Below, in pieces: positions 60,953 through 64,000 of a DNA stretch of 64,000 nt. Made by a program: the position numbers and the translations under genes. The DNA is taken from positions 1,364,001 to 1,428,000 of the forward strand of contig MU058213.1 in NCBI GenBank assembly GCA_013265495.1, written 5' to 3'. This DNA is from Vicugna vicugna (taxonomy: Eukaryota). The notes beneath the pieces are model-generated. The model worked only from the letters and a program-made list of their open reading frames with translations. It made no database searches and was not told the DNA's origin. Every line of letters starts with the position of its first letter. The stretch's first letter is position 1.

Positions 60953-62544
60953 TAGAGTGTCTTCATTTAAGCAAAAAGCAAAGACACAATTCAGTAAAAG
61001 CAATTCTGTGAGGGGCTAAGAAGATAAGAAAAGTAACTTTTAAATTGTGTTTCTTACCTAAGGATGCAATCCTCAACAGATAGATTTATGTGGGATGGAT
61101 TATAATTCAGTGGAAGTGTCACAATACTAAAAGAGAAGTGAGTGCAGTGTCTCATAATTGGGGTTGTTGTAAAAGTTTAGAGGTTAGATGTTCACAGTTG
61201 AAATCTTTGGCAGGAGCCTGGTGTGCATGTATTGTGATTAAAATTGCTGATTAAGAACAATTCATATGCTTAAAGATCAGTTGAGCAGATGGTAGGTCTG
61301 CTTTCTTCCATGAACATTGCATAGCCTAACCAAAAAGTGCTCATATGACTCCCAGGTCTTCCAGTTCTATCTGGTGGTTGTGTGATGATGATTTATCCAT
61401 GATTCAGATTGAAAGAAAAAAATTAAATTATACATGGCCTCTCATGTTGAGTCTACATTGACACATAGATTCTTTATTTTCAACCAAAATCTTTCTTTGA
61501 GCCTCATCTTATAAGGCTGCCTTTTCAGGCAAATATAATTTTAATTAAAGGAGACAACTGCAGATATTTAACTTAGGCCTCATACTTTCCAGGTCCTGGG
61601 TTAAGCAATGATACCCCAAGAAATAGTCTGGGTTGTGGTGGGAGCAGGATGGAGAGAGAGAGTTCTGAGCTTGGAGTTAGATACAAATAAAATTTGAACT
61701 ATTTTTGAGCAGCCATTGCTTCTCTCTACAAGGGGCTGCTGGGGCATGATTGCTCCTACCTGTCAGTCATATCACACATATCCAGTGGGTTATTTCTAAA
61801 TTGAAACCAGTTAAAACCTAATTCCAAGGAAAAAAAGTAAAAGGTCATATCAGTTTGGCTCTCTGTATAGGAATAATACCTGTGTTCTCATAAACTTTTT
61901 GCTTATGTGTGGTGATCTCAGTCCTCTTCAGAGCAGGCCTGAGTGTTCCTGAGATATATATACAAAGATTTTATTCTATTTTCCTTTTTTTTCATTTTGT
62001 CCTTAATCTTTCACTGCATTCAATTCTATATCATGATATATGTACCCTAGGTCTAATAGCGCATGCATATTGCTTTTTAAAGTACTATCTAAACTTCCAT
62101 ATAAAAGGGGATAAAGCTTTGGGCTACTGACTCAAAATATTTTAGAAGATATCAAAGTTTTCTACATGCTTCTTAGGGAGGCAGAAATTAGGGAGATTGC
62201 TACAGAAAGTTGCTTGAACTCTTGCCAAATGAGATGATTTTTCCTGCATTGATGTATTGGTGTGTGATAATATATTTAAGTAATGTAAAGAGTAGAAAGG
62301 TAGGCTAACCAAAGAAATAATTAACTTTCAGGGTAATTATACAAGCAAAAGCACAATTAGTAAACTGTTAATTACTTTCTTTTGCTGTGGGCATCTATTC
62401 TAAAGGACTAGATAATAATAATTATGGTATTTTTATTACAAAAGATATTCTCTTTTCATATCAAATTTAAAGGTAAGAAACTTGCCATACAGAGAATATA
62501 GGAAGGTAGTATAGAGTAATACATTTTACTGATATTGTTTAAAC

Positions 62545-62785
62545 CATAGTCAAAAGGGCGCAGGGTGTGGAGTCAACAAAGCTGAAATGGAATCCAAGTA
62601 CCACTGTTTGGATTAGTGGTATATCCTTGGACATGTTACATAATTTTTCTGAACCTGTATTATCATCTCTAAAGTTAGGATAATCTTGTGTGAGACTTGT
62701 GAGAACTAAATGAGATAATGTATATAATGTGTCCAGTATAGCACAGGACAAATAGTAGGTACTCAAAAATTGATAGCAAATGCTA
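62545..62785 (+). mobile_element. MIR SINE
   Basis: 'tggagtcaac...ccttggacatgttacataatttttctgaacctgta...gtgagaactaaatgagataatgtatataa...tagtaggtactcaaaaat'. Confidence 0.85.
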
Positions 62786-63429
62786 TCAATTGATTATATC
62801 CATCACTTGATCAGTTATACATTAGAATTGCTGGCCAGTTGTGTGAAAAGAATAAATTTCCTATCCTATATTGATTATTGCTCACTGAGCAAGCTCGTCT
62901 ACCCAGATCTTTGTCTTGGAGCCCTGCCCATGTCACCTGTCCCTGTCTCAGATGTCTTCTACTGCTAGTTCACTCATGTTTTCTGGAGACCTGGCAGATT
63001 ACATGCATCTCCATCCTCTTTCACTGTTGGAAACACCTGATCCTTTGGCCTTTTTTTTTTTTTTTCATTTTCAGCAATCTAGCTGTGCTGTACCTCAGTT
63101 TCATCACTGCCCCTGTCCCTGCCCCTTCCATCTGCAGGAATTTCATCTCTCTTGTTTGGAGTAATTGGATGAGGCATGAAGGGGCTATCTCCAGGGTCTC
63201 TGTACCTTGTTTCAAGCACTAAATTAGAGAAGATCATCTTCACAAATGGAGAGCAAGGTGACTGTACCTTATTACAACAGCCTTAGAGATGTTTGCAAAA
63301 TTGGTTTTATTCTAAAAAAGTGGCTTACCTGAAAATGATGTTCTCATAGGAAGGTGGACAGCCAGAGAGGATCCTAAGAAGTTTAGGCTGAGTATTTCCA
63401 TTTGCCCTTCAATATCAAATCTTGACCTT

Positions 63430-63790
63430 TCTTTACCCTGGATTTTGCTCCAAAACATTGACCTCCATAGGCTGCATCTGTTTGATTCTCTTGCCCTGTG
63501 GCTTCTGGTTGGATTTGGCCAATGAACACACTAGCTTGGAAGGAGAGAGTAGGAGGAGAAAGAGAAAGGTTGGGGTATTATTAATGGGTTGACAGTCCTT
63601 GTTTTCTCTGTTGAAGTCTCGTATCATTTCAAGGCTCCTGTTCTAGAAATGGCCCCCTCTCCTTGCTCCATCAGAGCCTCGTCTATTAATGGTCTATCTC
63701 TTGGTTGTTTTACCAACCCCTGATGGTTTTCCTTAGCTGCTCACACCCTTGTAAATAGTCCCTTTATAAGCTCTTTCACTTACTCAGTTT
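63430..63790 (+). mobile_element. LTR33-like ERVL solo LTR
   Basis: 'cttgccctgtggcttctggttggatttggccaatg...ctcacacccttgtaaatagtccctttataagctct'. Confidence 0.75.
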
Positions 63791-64000
63791 TGACTGATAA
63801 AGGAGTGGTGATCTTCTCAACAAGGTTGGAGCACCCAAGTACTCCAGACACAGGGCAGAAAGGACTTCCAGATGTTCCAGGGAAACCAAAAGACAGAGTT
63901 GAGGTAGGGCTTGCATGCTGTTTATCAGCTGAACCTTGGCAGGAATAGAGCATGCGAAAGGCATTAAAAGACAGTTTTGGTGGTCAAAACAAAACCATTG

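Noticed and set aside
704..63964. The many short ORFs in the supplied track as protein-coding genes
   Set aside because: All are 154 aa or shorter, many use non-ATG starts, and apart from L1 remnants none resembles a protein I recognise; this is what six-frame translation of non-coding mammalian DNA produces
1..64000. Naming the host gene or claiming a new biological system
   Set aside because: No recognisable coding exon anchors the locus, and everything seen fits ordinary transposon remnants plus putative conserved non-coding elements

Overview
This is eutherian mammalian genomic DNA: AT-rich, strongly CpG-depleted and essentially non-coding. It is most likely a camelid (alpaca/llama/camel), because it carries two tRNA-Ala-derived short SINEs of the vic-1 type and I saw no Alu, B1/B2, Bov-A/BovB or CanSINE. 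A large share of the window is interspersed repeat: MIR, L2, MER5/MER2/MER102-like DNA transposons, MLT1/LTR16/LTR33 solo LTRs, and old and young L1. The largest is a ~4.8 kb L1 that keeps its 5' terminus and 3' UTR but has lost its EN and RT cores. Between the repeats are repeat-free blocks with retained CpGs and homeodomain/POU/TCF/MEIS-like motifs that look like conserved non-coding elements. Most L1s are antisense to the + strand, which suggests a large intron of a + strand gene. The only exon-like segment is a candidate spliced/terminal exon from 55463, which I cannot assign to a gene. No protein-coding gene, RNA gene, CRISPR array or new multi-gene system can be supported. The supplied ORFs are random or repeat-derived. 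Repeat family names come from recalled consensus similarity, not a database search, and their boundaries are approximate unless a target-site duplication (TSD) is quoted.
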